Assembly (NCBI GenBank): GCA_965116495.1
Contig: OZ220696.1
Coordinates: 3,776,001-3,840,000, forward strand
Length of the DNA: 64,000 bases
Reading direction: 5' to 3'
Source of the DNA: Gammaproteobacteria bacterium
Lineage (GTDB): Bacteria > Pseudomonadota > Gammaproteobacteria > Eutrophobiales > Eutrophobiaceae
The notes under the pieces were generated by a model. That model saw only the letters and a list, made by a program, of their open reading frames with translations, was not told the DNA's origin and did no database searches. Shown one piece after another: positions 40,921 to 53,754 of the stretch. A program made the position numbers and the translations under genes. The stretch's first letter is position 1. The number at the start of each line of letters is the position of its first letter.

Positions 40921-43900
40921 AACCACCGAAGTACTTCTCGAACGTACCGCCCTCGATTGGTTCCAATCCCTGGGCTGGGCCACAGCCTTCGGCCCGGATA
41001 TCAGCCCTGACGGTCCGACGCAGGAACGCCAAGATTATGCTCAGGTTGTCTTGGCCGGCAGACTTCAGACTGCGCTTGAGAACATCAACCCAAACATCCC
41101 ACCAGATGCCATAGAAGAGGCTGTACGGAAAATCGCGAGGTCCGACTCGCCCAGTTTAATCGAGAACAATCGGTGTTTCCATCGGATGCTTACCGATGGA
41201 GTAGATATCTCCTATATGCAGGCTGGTAGAGAGGTCCACGACAAGGTCTGGCTGCTCGACCTTGAGGACCTGGATAATAACGATTGGCTCGCCGTCAATC
41301 AGTTCACCGTCATCGAGGATCGCAGAAATCGCCGGCCTGACATCGTGGTTTTCGTCAATGGCCTGCCCCTGGGCGTGATCGAGCTAAAAAATCCAGCAGA
41401 TGAAAAGGCAACTATTCGTCACGCATTCAACCAGCTTCAGACGTACAAGAGCGATATACCCGGCCTCTTCATTTATAACGAGCTGCTTGTCATTTCCGAC
41501 GGTCTGGAAGCACGCGGCGGGACGCTTACAAGCGGCTGGGACCGGTTCATGCCGTGGCGCACAATTGACGGCAAAGAATTTGCCCCGCGAGGCTCTGTGG
41601 AACTTGAAGTGCTGCTAAAGGGAGTTTTTGAAAAGCGGCGGTTTCTCGACCTTGTATTGAATTTCATCGTATTCGAAGATGACGGAGCCACCATCGCCAA
41701 GAAAGCGGCGGCGTATCACCAGTTCCATGCCGTGAACAAAGCGGTTGAATGCACTCTGTCGGCGTGCGGCATCGATGCTGATTCCGACATGCTGTATGTC
41801 CGCTTCCCGAAGCATGACGAGCATAACCCTTTTGCAGTGCGCGAACCGCAGGCCGCTTATGGTTCGGGAACCGAACACTTTGGCGGCCGCCGCATCGGGG
41901 TGATCTGGCATACCCAGGGAAGCGGAAAAAGTCTATTGATGGCGTTTTTCGCCGGTAAAGTCATCCGTCATCCCGCCATGGAGAACCCTACGCTGCTGAT
42001 GATCACCGACAGGAACGACCTGGACGACCAGCTTTTCGGAACGTTTTCATCCTGTAACGATCTTCTTCGGCAAACACCCGTTCAAGCGGAAAACCGGGAG
42101 CATTTGAAGAAGCTGCTTCAGGTTCCTGCCGGTGGGGTTGTTTTCACGACGATTCAGAAGTTTCTGCCCGACACCAAGGGCCAGCAATACCCAGAGTTGT
42201 CTGTCCGCCACAATATCGTGGTTATTGCCGATGAAGCGCACCGCAGTCAGTATGACTTTATCGACGGATTCGCACGCCACATGCACGATGCCTTGCCGAA
42301 CGCTTCCTTTATAGGATTTACGGGAACTCCCATAGAGCGTGATGACCGCAACACGCCAGCGGTCTTTGGTAACTACATCGACAAATACGACATCCTGCGC
42401 GCGGTTGAGGACGGGGCCACGGTGCCCATCTTCTACGAAAGCAGGTTGGCGAAAATTGATTTACAGGAGGAGCAAAAGCCGAAAATCGACCCTGAGTTTG
42501 AAGAGATCACCGAGGGTGAAGAAGAGTCCGACAAGCAAAAACTGCGCACCAAGTGGGCCGCCCTTGAAGCGATGGTCGGTACGGAAAAGCGAATCGCACT
42601 CATTGCGGAAGACCTCGTTAGCCATTTTGAGGGTCGTCTCTCAGCCATAGACGGTAAAGCTATGGTTGTTTGCATGAGTCGTCGAATCTGTGTGGACATG
42701 TACAACGCCATCACAAAGCTCAGGCCGGACTGGCAGAGCAGTGACGATGGCAATGGCGTGCTGAAGATCGTCATGTCCGGTTCTGCATCTGATCACGCTG
42801 ACTGGCAGCCCCATATTCGCAGCAAGTCGCGGCGTGAGGCCCTGGCCAAAAGATTCAAGGACCCGGACGATCCTATGAAGGTGGTAATCGTGCGGGATAT
42901 GTGGTTGACCGGTTTCGACTGTCCGTCACTACACACAATGTACGTGGATAAGCCGATGCGGGGGCATGGCCTGATGCAAGCAATAGCTCGCGTCAACCGG
43001 GTGTTCAAAGACAAACCGGGTGGATTGGTTGTCGATTACCTTGGCCTCGCAGATCAGTTGAAACGGGCCCTTGCGGACTACACCGGAGCGGGCGGCCGCG
43101 GTAAGGCGGCGGTCAACCAGGAAGAAGCTGTTGCGGTGATGCTGGAGAAGTTCGAGGTCGTCGTCTCCATGTTCCACGGCTTCGATTACCTCTCTATTCT
43201 CAAAGCAGAACCGGCAACGCGTATCGCCGGTATCGCGGCCGCTATGGAACATATCCTTCAGCTGGACGATGGTAAAAAGCGCTATCTGGCAGAGGTTACG
43301 GCGCTGTCGAAGGCATTTGCTCTCGCTGTTCCGCATGAGGAAGCTCTTAAGGTGCGTGATGAAGTGGGGTTCTTCCAAGAGGTCCGCGCCGGGCTGGCGA
43401 AAGCAACGGTTGAAGGCGAAGGCAAGAGCCCTGAAGATATGGATACTGCTATCCGCCAGCTCGTGTCGCGAGCAGTGGCGACTGAAGAGGTCATCGACAT
43501 TTTTGCAGCGGCGGGCCTGAAGAAACCCGACATTTCAATACTATCGGATGACTTCCTCCAGGAAGTACGGCAGCTTCCTCACCGGAACCTGGCGGTGGAA
43601 TTACTGAGGAAACTTCTGAACGATGAGATCAAGACGAATTCCCGCAAAAACGTCGTTCAGGCACGATCCTTCGCGGAGATGCTTGAAAAGGCCATACGGA
43701 AATACCAGAACCGTGCAATTGAGGCAGCACAGGTCATCGAGGAATTAATCAGGTTAGCCAAGGAGATGCGCGAAGCTCAGCAGCGTGGCGATGATCTCGG
43801 GATGACCGATGATGAGATTGCTTTCTACGACGCGCTGGAAGTCAATGATAGCGCCGTTAAGGTTTTAGGGGATGAGACGCTCAAAACGATTGCCCACGAG

Positions 43901-44089
43901 TTGGTCGAAGCGGTTCGACGGAGCGTAACGATAGACTGGACCGTCCGTGAAAATGCCCGTGCCCAAATACGTGTGATCGTGAAGCGGATTCTTCGCAAGT
44001 ACGGGTATCCCCCGGACAAACAGGAAAAAGCAACACAAACCGTTCTGGAGCAGGCGGAAGTTCTGTGTAGAGAGTGGGCCGAGAGCTAA
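40913..44089 (+). CDS. hsdR: Type I restriction endonuclease subunit R
   Basis: RPD...VNGLP..VIELK nuclease, [25 protein letters not shown]; TTG start after GGAGGA. Confidence 0.96.
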   Translation: MNKTTEVLLERTALDWFQSLGWATAFGPDISPDGPTQERQDYAQVVLAGRLQTALENINPNIPPDAIEEAVRKIARSDSPSLIENNRCFHRMLTDGVDISYMQAGREVHDKVWLLDLEDLDNNDWLAVNQFTVIEDRRNRRPDIVVFVNGLPLGVIELKNPADEKATIRHAFNQLQTYKSDIPGLFIYNELLVISDGLEARGGTLTSGWDRFMPWRTIDGKEFAPRGSVELEVLLKGVFEKRRFLDLVLNFIVFEDDGATIAKKAAAYHQFHAVNKAVECTLSACGIDADSDMLYVRFPKHDEHNPFAVREPQAAYGSGTEHFGGRRIGVIWHTQGSGKSLLMAFFAGKVIRHPAMENPTLLMITDRNDLDDQLFGTFSSCNDLLRQTPVQAENREHLKKLLQVPAGGVVFTTIQKFLPDTKGQQYPELSVRHNIVVIADEAHRSQYDFIDGFARHMHDALPNASFIGFTGTPIERDDRNTPAVFGNYIDKYDILRAVEDGATVPIFYESRLAKIDLQEEQKPKIDPEFEEITEGEEESDKQKLRTKWAALEAMVGTEKRIALIAEDLVSHFEGRLSAIDGKAMVVCMSRRICVDMYNAITKLRPDWQSSDDGNGVLKIVMSGSASDHADWQPHIRSKSRREALAKRFKDPDDPMKVVIVRDMWLTGFDCPSLHTMYVDKPMRGHGLMQAIARVNRVFKDKPGGLVVDYLGLADQLKRALADYTGAGGRGKAAVNQEEAVAVMLEKFEVVVSMFHGFDYLSILKAEPATRIAGIAAAMEHILQLDDGKKRYLAEVTALSKAFALAVPHEEALKVRDEVGFFQEVRAGLAKATVEGEGKSPEDMDTAIRQLVSRAVATEEVIDIFAAAGLKKPDISILSDDFLQEVRQLPHRNLAVELLRKLLNDEIKTNSRKNVVQARSFAEMLEKAIRKYQNRAIEAAQVIEELIRLAKEMREAQQRGDDLGMTDDEIAFYDALEVNDSAVKVLGDETLKTIAHELVEAVRRSVTIDWTVRENARAQIRVIVKRILRKYGYPPDKQEKATQTVLEQAEVLCREWAES

Positions 44090-44209
44090 ACCAGGGAGAA
44101 ATGCAAATTCAATGATGAGAGATGAAATAGCATGTTGTTTCAACGACACCCAGTCATGTATCCAGGGTGATCCTGACCTGCTCGGTCCACAGGCGAAAGG
44201 TGTGGACAA

Positions 44210-45292
44210 ATGAGTGTGCTCGATGCCGCTATACAGGTATTGAAAGAAGCGGATAACCCACTTCATGCTAATGAGATTACGGGACGTATTCTATCGAAGG
44301 GCCTTTGGAAGACCTCCGGCAAAACTCCTGCTGCGACTGTCAGTGCAAGGCTCTATTCGGATATTAAGAAAAAGGGAGAAAACTCACATTTCATCCTTCA
44401 CGCGCCGCTGACCTTCGGCCTCAGAACATTGGAGTTCCCTGATAAGGGTGCGGGTGATGCGCAGCCTGAGGATATTTCCTTGGAGGCTATCCAGACACAA
44501 ACCAAGACATACTCATTCACTGATTCTGCCGAGAAAGTGTTGGAAAAGTTCGGTAATAGACGACCAATGCATTATCGAGCTATTACCGACAAGGCTCTTG
44601 GGTTGGGGTGGCTGGTCAGCGAGGGTAAGACACCCGAAGCTTCAATGTACGCGCAGATTTTGACGGAAATTAAACGCTTTAACCGCCGTGGGGAGCAGCC
44701 TCGATTCGTTCAGCATGGTAAGGGGTATGTTGGCCTTTCGAAATGGATGGGTCGGGGGCTCGCATTTGAAATCGAACAGCACAATAAAAAAGTACGCCAG
44801 GCATTGCATAAACGCCTGTTCGAAACGAAGTGGGATGCTTTTGAGGAATTGATTGCACGGCTCTTGGCAGAGATGGGTTTCGAGGAAATCGAGGTCACAA
44901 GCCGCAGCAAGGATGGTGGCATCGACGTTCGTGGAACCTTGGTTGTCGGTGATGTCATTCAGACGAGAATGGCCATTCAGGTTAAAAAGTGGAAGCGAAA
45001 TATACAGGCTCCGGTCGTCCAACAGGTCCGAGGGAGCCTCGGCACCCACGAGCAAGGGCTCATCATCACTACCAGTGACTTCAGTGCAGGTGCACGCAAG
45101 GAAGCCGCCAGATCGGATGCCACACCCGTCGGGCTAATGAACGGAGAACAACTGGTTCTACTGCTCATCGAAAACGGCATTGGAGTTTCACGACGAAGCC
45201 ACGATTTGTTTGAACTCGAGGATTTATCCAACGCAGAGGTTGGCACCAATGCCAGTGTACCCATGTCTCAGTCCGACAATGTGGAAGGATGA
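44210..45292 (+). CDS. Mrr-family (Type IV) restriction endonuclease with two HARE-HTH domains
   Basis: Two repeats of D.A..VL......H...IT...L..G.....GKTP.A; FEELIA.LL..MGF, DGGID, IQVKK, ITTSDFS. Confidence 0.88.
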   Translation: MSVLDAAIQVLKEADNPLHANEITGRILSKGLWKTSGKTPAATVSARLYSDIKKKGENSHFILHAPLTFGLRTLEFPDKGAGDAQPEDISLEAIQTQTKTYSFTDSAEKVLEKFGNRRPMHYRAITDKALGLGWLVSEGKTPEASMYAQILTEIKRFNRRGEQPRFVQHGKGYVGLSKWMGRGLAFEIEQHNKKVRQALHKRLFETKWDAFEELIARLLAEMGFEEIEVTSRSKDGGIDVRGTLVVGDVIQTRMAIQVKKWKRNIQAPVVQQVRGSLGTHEQGLIITTSDFSAGARKEAARSDATPVGLMNGEQLVLLLIENGIGVSRRSHDLFELEDLSNAEVGTNASVPMSQSDNVEG

Positions 45293-45341
45293 GTCAAAAT
45301 TCCTAAATGGCAGATGGTCCAGGTTAGAAGACGGGGTCAAC

Positions 45342-45915
45342 ATGGGTAGTTATTGCACTCTCTACTTTGATGAGCTAGAAATATGCAACGCGAAGTCAGC
45401 CGTTCCAGACGTTTTTAGTGCTATCTTCCAAGAGTCAGATCGATCGGTTCGAAAATCTCGATATGAGGAAGATAACACGCCAGAAGTAGTATATGAAACT
45501 GCTAAAGATACAGTACTCGCCCGTCTCGCTCTCCTAGGATGTACTTCGCAATTTGCACGTGAACGGCTATCCACATGGATTACCGAAGAACGTGCAACTT
45601 GGGAAGAACGTGCTTCGGGGGACGAAGGAAATTGGGCTGAAGAGACTACTATGGCTCTACGTAACTTTACCATTGAAGAGTGGTATAGACGCGTTCCTCA
45701 GGTCCTTGTTAATTAGGGAACCTCTGGCTTAATCAGATGGTTCCCTAGTAAAATTTCTTAAAGCTTTCGCTGCAGCCAGAACTCCTCTTCGCCTTGTCGC
45801 AATCTTCGATAACGATACTGCTGGACATCAGGCATTCCGACAAGCCCAAGACCTTGTTTTGCCTGATAACATGATTTTACTTCGATTGCCAGATATGGAA
45901 TTTGCTAGTGAATAT
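45342..45915 (+). pseudogene. HEPN/Toprim-associated N-terminal domain protein, broken and internally deleted
   Basis: MGSYCTLYF......K..V......IFQESDR N-terminus stops at 45716; out-of-frame Toprim piece FLKAFAAA......AIFDNDTAG...LPD resumes at about 45748. Confidence 0.7.
45713..45748. mobile_element. Collapsed IS5-like footprint (two terminal IRs only)
   Basis: TTAG-GGAACCTCTG-GCTTAAT-CAGATGGTTCC-CTAG exactly at the gene break. Confidence 0.55.
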
Positions 45916-46047
45916 AAACTTCATGCTTTTCTGCTTTTTCTTGACCTGTGCCATTATTAGGTCTAATACATATTTGCTACTCGGAGTATGCTAACCGGAA
46001 GGAACTGGAAATGATTAACGGTAAAGTTATTAGCACAGGAGAAAGAT

Positions 46048-46458
46048 ATGCGAAAAGTTATTGGTCTTGCGATGTTGTTACTTCTTTCCGGTTGTGATGA
46101 CGCAGAGGTGGCGTCGCACAACTTGTCAAAAGCAGCGGAGAATTTTGAGATTGACCGGCGTGTGATTTTCTATAACGGCATCGCGGATACGTACATGCTG
46201 ACCATTGAGGGCCGGTGCGCAATCAAAGACCAGTCCACTCAGTTAGAGGTTACCTGCAAGTTAGGCGAGGGTCAGTACAAGAAACACTTTCTTGGCCTGT
46301 CTGACAACGTGACGTACTTCGCTGAGCAACTGAGTACGGCGGATGTGGCTGCGTATCATTATCGGGTGACGTTCAAGCCACAAACGATTTTGCCGGACGT
46401 TGACTTCCGCGGCAGCGCCAGGGAGCTTTTGGAAAACGCATCCGAAAAAAGGGATTGA
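46048..46458 (+). CDS. Phage-type lipoprotein of unknown function
   Basis: Lipobox LSGC; A.VAS.NLSKAA.NFEI.RRV.F.NGI.D.Y.L.IEGRC...YKKHFLGLSDNVTYF.EQL, a family I recognise from phages. Confidence 0.75.
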   Translation: MRKVIGLAMLLLLSGCDDAEVASHNLSKAAENFEIDRRVIFYNGIADTYMLTIEGRCAIKDQSTQLEVTCKLGEGQYKKHFLGLSDNVTYFAEQLSTADVAAYHYRVTFKPQTILPDVDFRGSARELLENASEKRD

Positions 46459-46487
46459 TGAACCAGCTAAAGTTTTTGCAGACTGTT

Positions 46488-46643
46488 TTACTGAACAACG
46501 CCAGATGACAACATGACTTGAACAAGCACACCAGTGTCGGCGACAGCAAGACTGGCAGCCACGAACATACAACCGACCATCCAGGTAATGAGCCATGTTT
46601 CCAGCTTGTCTATTCTGGATTCTAATCTTGAAAACCCATCCTT
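46488..46643 (-). pseudogene. Headless remnant of a DUF1640/CCDC90-like gene
   Basis: Manual translation KDGFSRLESRIDKLETWLITWMVGCMFVAASLAVA...; no nearby in-frame start. Confidence 0.55.
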
Positions 46644-46650
46644 GTAAGCA

Positions 46651-47229
46651 TCAGCGCAGCAGCGTTTGCACTTGCAGCGACAGTTGCTCGTCGGCGCCGC
46701 GGATCCATTCGAACAGTACCGATTCTGCGTCGCTGATGATAATCCCGGCCCTGCCCAGGCGCCTTAATGCTGTTTCATAGTTTTCCCTTTGCCGGGAGCA
46801 GACCGCATCCGCTACCACAAAAACCACGTAACCCCGGTTGTGCAGGTCAAGCGCCGTCTGCAATACACATACATGCGCTTCCATGCCGACCAGTATGGCC
46901 TGCTTCCTCCTTGTTGAAGTCAGGTCCGCGGCAAAATTGTCGGCGCCGGTACAGGAAAACGTGGTCTTTTCATACGTTTTCGCGGTGGCCGGCAATAACT
47001 TCCGGATTTCCGGTTCCATGATGCCGAGCGAATCGGGAGACCGTTCCATAGCGAATACCGGCAGCGCCAGCTTGGCGGCCGTATTAATCAGCAACCATGT
47101 ATTTCTCTGCAGCCTGGCCAGCACCTTGGCCGGCATGACCGCGGTCAATTCCGTCTGTATGTCGATAATGACCAATACGGAATTGCCGGCGTCACAAAGC
47201 GAGGTGTAGTTTTCTGCGGCAGATGCCAT
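46651..47229 (-). CDS. Isochorismatase-family hydrolase
   Basis: VIIDIQ, EKTTFSC, GMEAHVCVLQT, ES.LFEW. Confidence 0.9.
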   Translation of the reverse strand: MASAAENYTSLCDAGNSVLVIIDIQTELTAVMPAKVLARLQRNTWLLINTAAKLALPVFAMERSPDSLGIMEPEIRKLLPATAKTYEKTTFSCTGADNFAADLTSTRRKQAILVGMEAHVCVLQTALDLHNRGYVVFVVADAVCSRQRENYETALRRLGRAGIIISDAESVLFEWIRGADEQLSLQVQTLLR

Positions 47230-47254
47230 GAGCGTTACCCGGATTAATCCCGTC

Positions 47255-48583
47255 TCAGTTCAACCAGCGATTCACCTCGGACAGGTCTTCCACCGACAGG
47301 CTGCCGGAAGCCTGTTTCAGGCGCAAGGTGTCCAGCAGGTAATCGTAACGGGCCCGGGCATAATCCCGTCTGGCCTGGGAGGTGGCACGTTCTGCTGCGA
47401 CGACATCCACCGCGGTGCGGGTCCCGACCTCAAAGCCGGCTTCGGTGGCCTCCAATGCGGTCTCGCTGGAGACCACGGCCTGCTTCAGGGCCTTGACCCG
47501 GCTGATGCCGGAAATAACGCCCAGGTATGCCTGCCGCGTCAGCCGTTGCGCGTTTCTGCGCGCCTGTTCCAGCCGTTCCAGTTCCGCGTTGAGACGTTCG
47601 CGGGTTTCCCGTACGCGCGAACTTACAAATCCTCCCGAGAACAGCGGCACGTTGACCTGTACGCCTATTGAACTTGACTCACTTTCATAGGAGCCGAAGC
47701 GGCCCCCGGTACTGTTCAGACTATGCCGGGCAACCATATCTACGCTGGGCAGGTGGCCCGCCTGTTGTTTTTTTACTTCCCGGCGTGAACTATCGACGGA
47801 ATGCCGTGCCGCCAGCACGTTCAGGTTCTGTTCCAGCGCAGCGCCGGTCCAGGTTTCGATCTCCTCAGGTTGCGGGCTGAGCAGGGGCATGGTCTCTCCC
47901 AGCAGCGCCAGGTCGGAAATATAGACACCGGTGATCTCGCGTAACGCCTCCTGGGTATTGTCAACGTTGTTACGCGCTTCTATCTCGGCGGCGAATGCCC
48001 GGTCATATCCCGCCTGTGCTTCCTGTACGTCGGTTATGGCGCTCAATCCCACGTCAAAACGCTGTTTCGCCTGGTCCAGTTGCCGGCTCAGGGATTTTTT
48101 TTCGGCTTCCGCAAAACCCAGGTTGTCATAAGCAGCCAATACTTCGAAATAAGCGCGGGTGGTGCGCACAATCAAATCCTGCCGGGCCGCGATCAACTCC
48201 GCGTCCGCCTGCCTGATCAGGTTGTCCGCCTGCAGGTAGCCCATAATCCTGTCACCTCTGAACAACGGTTGGGACAGGTCCAGACTGTAGCCGTGACTGC
48301 CGTAGCTCACTTTGCCCGTTCTCTCTATCGGGTTGAACTCGGTGGTGATATCTTCTTCATTTGTCATGGCGTTGGCGCTGAATGTAAGCGTCGGCAGGAG
48401 CTGCGACAGGGCCTGGGGCCGTTGTTCCAGGACTGCCCGTTGTGTGGCGGCCACCTGCCGGTATTGCGGGTCGCTATCCAGGGCATGCCCGTAAATTTCC
48501 AGTAAATCCACCGGAAAAACAGGACAGACATAAACCGACAAAAAAACAAAATACCAGATTCTCATAATACCCCGTGTTCGCAC
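47255..48583 (-). CDS. tolC: TolC-family outer membrane channel
   Basis: Signal peptide, AYF.VL.A.D, RF.VGL.A.TDV.EA.A, GFEVGTRT.VDV; exact start uncertain. Confidence 0.92.
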   Translation of the reverse strand: MRTRGIMRIWYFVFLSVYVCPVFPVDLLEIYGHALDSDPQYRQVAATQRAVLEQRPQALSQLLPTLTFSANAMTNEEDITTEFNPIERTGKVSYGSHGYSLDLSQPLFRGDRIMGYLQADNLIRQADAELIAARQDLIVRTTRAYFEVLAAYDNLGFAEAEKKSLSRQLDQAKQRFDVGLSAITDVQEAQAGYDRAFAAEIEARNNVDNTQEALREITGVYISDLALLGETMPLLSPQPEEIETWTGAALEQNLNVLAARHSVDSSRREVKKQQAGHLPSVDMVARHSLNSTGGRFGSYESESSSIGVQVNVPLFSGGFVSSRVRETRERLNAELERLEQARRNAQRLTRQAYLGVISGISRVKALKQAVVSSETALEATEAGFEVGTRTAVDVVAAERATSQARRDYARARYDYLLDTLRLKQASGSLSVEDLSEVNRWLN

Positions 48584-48593
48584 TCCGCAAATT

Positions 48594-48670
48594 CAATTAC
48601 GAATTAGGAATTAGGAATTAAACGTTCAAGTCCCCCCAATTCCTAATTCGTAATTCCTAATTCGTAATTC
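48594..48670. repeat. Two inverted heptamer tracts (GAATTAS)n / (STAATTC)n
   Basis: CAATTAC GAATTAG GAATTAG GAATTAA ... CCAATTC CTAATTC GTAATTC CTAATTC GTAATTC. Confidence 0.85.
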
Positions 48671-48988
48671 TCAATACCTTGGCATGTCCTGGTCCACCCG
48701 TTCAGCCCAGGCGTCAAGCCCGCCTTCCAGGTTGACGATATCCTTGAACCCGGCCGACTCCAGGTAGTGGCCCACCTGCAAACTGCGCATGCCGAAATGG
48801 CAGATGACGATTGTCCTGGCGTCCGGTTCCAATTCATTCACCCGTTGCTCTATTTCGTTCATGGGAATGTTCACGGAGCCGGCCAGCCGGCAGATTTCTA
48901 CCTCCCACGGGTCGCGCACGTCAAGCAGGACAGCCTTGTCACGGTCATTTTGTAACGCTGCCAGTTGTTCTGCGGTGATAGTCTGCAT
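48671..48988 (-). CDS. Rhodanese-like sulfurtransferase
   Basis: LLDVR.PWE, CHFGMRS, NLEGG.DAW. Confidence 0.92.
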   Translation of the reverse strand: MQTITAEQLAALQNDRDKAVLLDVRDPWEVEICRLAGSVNIPMNEIEQRVNELEPDARTIVICHFGMRSLQVGHYLESAGFKDIVNLEGGLDAWAERVDQDMPRY

Positions 48989-48990
48989 GA

Positions 48991-50934
<1,944 letters not shown>

Positions 50935-51090
50935 GAATTGGGAATTGGGAATTACGAATTACGAATTAGGAATTGGGGATGGGGAAGCATCTGCAGTTTG
51001 TAAGCGTTGTGCCTTTGTTTTTGCGAATGCTGTTATCCGCTCAAATTACATGTCGCCGCAGGCGACTCAGTTATTCGTAATTCCTAATTT
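50935..51090. repeat. Heptamer tract (GAATTRS)x6 with a shorter inverted tract before glnE
   Basis: GAATTGG GAATTGG GAATTAC GAATTAC GAATTAG GAATTGG (50935-50976); TTATTC GTAATTC CTAATTT (51071-51090). Confidence 0.85.
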
Positions 51091-51096
51091 TCCTCT

Positions 51097-53712
51097 ATGA
51101 CAGATTTCCAGCAACTGATTGCGGCAGCGCCTGACCCCGAGGTTGCCGCACTCAGGTTTGACCGGATGCGGGAAGATGCTTCCCTGCGCAAGGAACTGGA
51201 TCTGCTGCCGGAATCCCGTGCGGCCGATTTTGTAAATATTATCGGCTATTCAACCTTTCTGTTTAATTATATCTGTCGCAATCCGCAAACTGTTCGCCTA
51301 CTGGGCGAGCCCTTTGAAATTACCCCCCGGGAACTGGACGGCATTCAGGACCCTGAAGCGTTGCGCCGCTTCAAGTATGAGCAACTGCTGAAAATAACCT
51401 GGATGGATGTGTCGGGTTGTTACCCTTACGAAATCATCCTCGACCGGCTTAGCCTGCTGGCGGATTATATTCTCAGGAAGGCATTTGCTTTCTGCTTCAG
51501 CGCGGATGGCGGGAATGATCTGGGCAGATACATCAGTATTTTTGCGTTGGGAAAACTGGGGGCGAGCGAGTTGAATTACAGTTCTGACGTTGACCTGATC
51601 ATTGCTTGTAGCAACCAGGATGAGATTCACGGAATGGCGCCGCACGAATTACGGGGCGCGCTGACGAAAGGGCTGAGGCAGTTTACCCGGATGCTGGAGC
51701 AAACCACCCATACCGGATTTTTGTACCGGGTCGACCTGAAACTGCGGCCCTGGGGGAAGAGCGGACCGTTATTCCTGTCCGTGGACGAGACCGAGAATTA
51801 TTACCAGGCGAGTACCGAGGCCTGGGAACGGCTTACGTGGTTACGCGCCAGGTGTGTGGCGGGCGATACAGCCCTCGGTGAGGAACTCCTTACCCGGTTG
51901 CGGCCGTTTGTGTTCATACGTTCCATGAGCAGCGCGGACCTGGAGCGGTTTGTCGCCATCAAGGGAGATATGGCCGACATCCGGGCGCGCGCTGGTCAAT
52001 GGCACGTCAAGCTGGGCCGGGGCGGTATCAGGGACATCGAGTTTTTTGTCCAGATACTGCAACTGGTCAGCGCCGCAAAGCACGCCGAGTTGCGCACTAC
52101 CAACACCCTGGCGGTGCTGGAGAGCTTGTGCAAGCTGAACTTTATAGGGCAGCAGGAGGAGCAGGAAATCAGGGCTGCCTACCTGTTCCTGCGACGCCTG
52201 GAAAACCGCCTGCAGATGGTGGCTGAGAAACAGGTCCACGCCTTGCCGGATGATGCGGCCGGCAGGATCAGGGTGGCGCGTTCCCTGAATATGGCAGGCA
52301 GCTCCGATGATGAAATCCTGGCAAGTTTTGAACAATGCCTCAACGCTAACCGTGAGATAGCCGAGAAGTATTTTGAAAAAATCCTGCCCGAGGCCGGGGA
52401 AGACAGTGCGGAAGCGGGTGCTGAGCCCCACTTCACGTTTGCCGGCGCCTGGAACAAGGTGCAGGCTGAGGTCAGTTTCACCCGATGGACCGAATTGTGC
52501 GAGGCGGAAAAATGGGGTGACAGACCGAAGGACAAGAACCTGATCATCAATATTTTCGGTGCAAGCTGGTATTTCACCCGTTATATTTTTTTCCGGGGAT
52601 ATGAAATTACCGAGTTGATCGACCATTACCGGGACAAGTCCATCGACACCGACGAGATGATGCGGACGTTACAGGTGGACGCGTTCAAACAGGATGTCGA
52701 ACTTGGGCTGAACGTCCTGTCATCGATAAAAAATCAATGGATGCTGTTGCTGCTCATCCGGTTTTTACAGGGAGAGATGGCGCTTGCCGAAGTGGAGAAA
52801 AACCTGACCCTGCTGGCGGAATGCGTTTTCAGCGCCATGATCAGGCATATGTACAAGGCCAACCGGCAGTTGTTTGACAACGTGGCGGTCCTGGGTATGG
52901 GCAGGATGGCAGGGTATGAGATGATATTCGGCTCGGATCTCGACCTGATATTCCTGTATCGTCCGAAATCCGGTGCAGACACGACACAGGCAGCACGCGA
53001 ACTTCAGGGTCTGATGCGCCACCTTGCCAGGATATCCCCTGCCGGGCTGCTGTATGAAGTGGATATGCGCCTGCGGCCCCATGGCACATCCGGCTCGCTG
53101 GTCACATCGGTAGAATCCTTTATCGACTACCACCGGTCTGACCGAGCTGTCTGGGAGCGGCAGATGATGACTCGCTGCCGGCCCATCTATGACCCGCAAA
53201 ACATGGGTATGGATGCCTTGCAGTCGATCTCGGACTCCATCTATGGAGATCACGACGCGGAATTCCTGCAGGATGAAATTGTGAAAATGCGCGAACTGAT
53301 AGAGGAGACACTGGGCAGCCCGCGCCACAAGCATGAAATAAAACGGGGTAAAGGCGGGATCATGGATATTGATTTTATTACCCATTTTATGCAACTGAGT
53401 CATGGCCAAAAACAAGCCGGGCTGCGAACGACAAGCACCCGAACGGCGTTAAACCGCTTGTCCGCACTGAACTACATCGACGCTGACACTGCCGGGTTTT
53501 TACTGACGGCATACGACTACCTGAAGAAGGCGGAGATCTGCATGCGGCTGATAGATTTAAAACCCAGCAGTACAATCCCGGCCGACCCTGAACAAAACGC
53601 AGTGCTGTCCCGGGGCATGGGGTTTGCCGATGGACAGACCCGGGAATTCATGACGGAATTTCTTGAGATCAGGGCCAAGGTCAGGGAAGCGTTTACTCAG
53701 CTTGTCGGGTAA
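51097..53712 (+). CDS. glnE: Bifunctional glutamine synthetase adenylyltransferase/deadenylase (divergent)
   Basis: Two nucleotidyltransferase domains: GKLGASELNYSSDVDL..VDLKLRP.G and GRMAGYEMIFGSDLDL..VDMRLRPHG; GGIRDIEF / GGIMDIDF. Confidence 0.88.
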   Translation: MTDFQQLIAAAPDPEVAALRFDRMREDASLRKELDLLPESRAADFVNIIGYSTFLFNYICRNPQTVRLLGEPFEITPRELDGIQDPEALRRFKYEQLLKITWMDVSGCYPYEIILDRLSLLADYILRKAFAFCFSADGGNDLGRYISIFALGKLGASELNYSSDVDLIIACSNQDEIHGMAPHELRGALTKGLRQFTRMLEQTTHTGFLYRVDLKLRPWGKSGPLFLSVDETENYYQASTEAWERLTWLRARCVAGDTALGEELLTRLRPFVFIRSMSSADLERFVAIKGDMADIRARAGQWHVKLGRGGIRDIEFFVQILQLVSAAKHAELRTTNTLAVLESLCKLNFIGQQEEQEIRAAYLFLRRLENRLQMVAEKQVHALPDDAAGRIRVARSLNMAGSSDDEILASFEQCLNANREIAEKYFEKILPEAGEDSAEAGAEPHFTFAGAWNKVQAEVSFTRWTELCEAEKWGDRPKDKNLIINIFGASWYFTRYIFFRGYEITELIDHYRDKSIDTDEMMRTLQVDAFKQDVELGLNVLSSIKNQWMLLLLIRFLQGEMALAEVEKNLTLLAECVFSAMIRHMYKANRQLFDNVAVLGMGRMAGYEMIFGSDLDLIFLYRPKSGADTTQAARELQGLMRHLARISPAGLLYEVDMRLRPHGTSGSLVTSVESFIDYHRSDRAVWERQMMTRCRPIYDPQNMGMDALQSISDSIYGDHDAEFLQDEIVKMRELIEETLGSPRHKHEIKRGKGGIMDIDFITHFMQLSHGQKQAGLRTTSTRTALNRLSALNYIDADTAGFLLTAYDYLKKAEICMRLIDLKPSSTIPADPEQNAVLSRGMGFADGQTREFMTEFLEIRAKVREAFTQLVG

Positions 53713-53754
53713 TGGATGCCATCCCAACCGGTCATAACCCTGTAGATTTAATCT

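Noticed and set aside
31488-46650. Autonomous Tn7 or CRISPR-associated transposon
   Set aside because: No tnsA/B/C/D, tniQ or cas ORFs and no array recognised; only end sequences
48594-48670. Heptamer tracts as CRISPR repeats or coding extensions (ITNYELG peptides)
   Set aside because: 7-nt period without spacers; the peptides appear only in shadow ORFs
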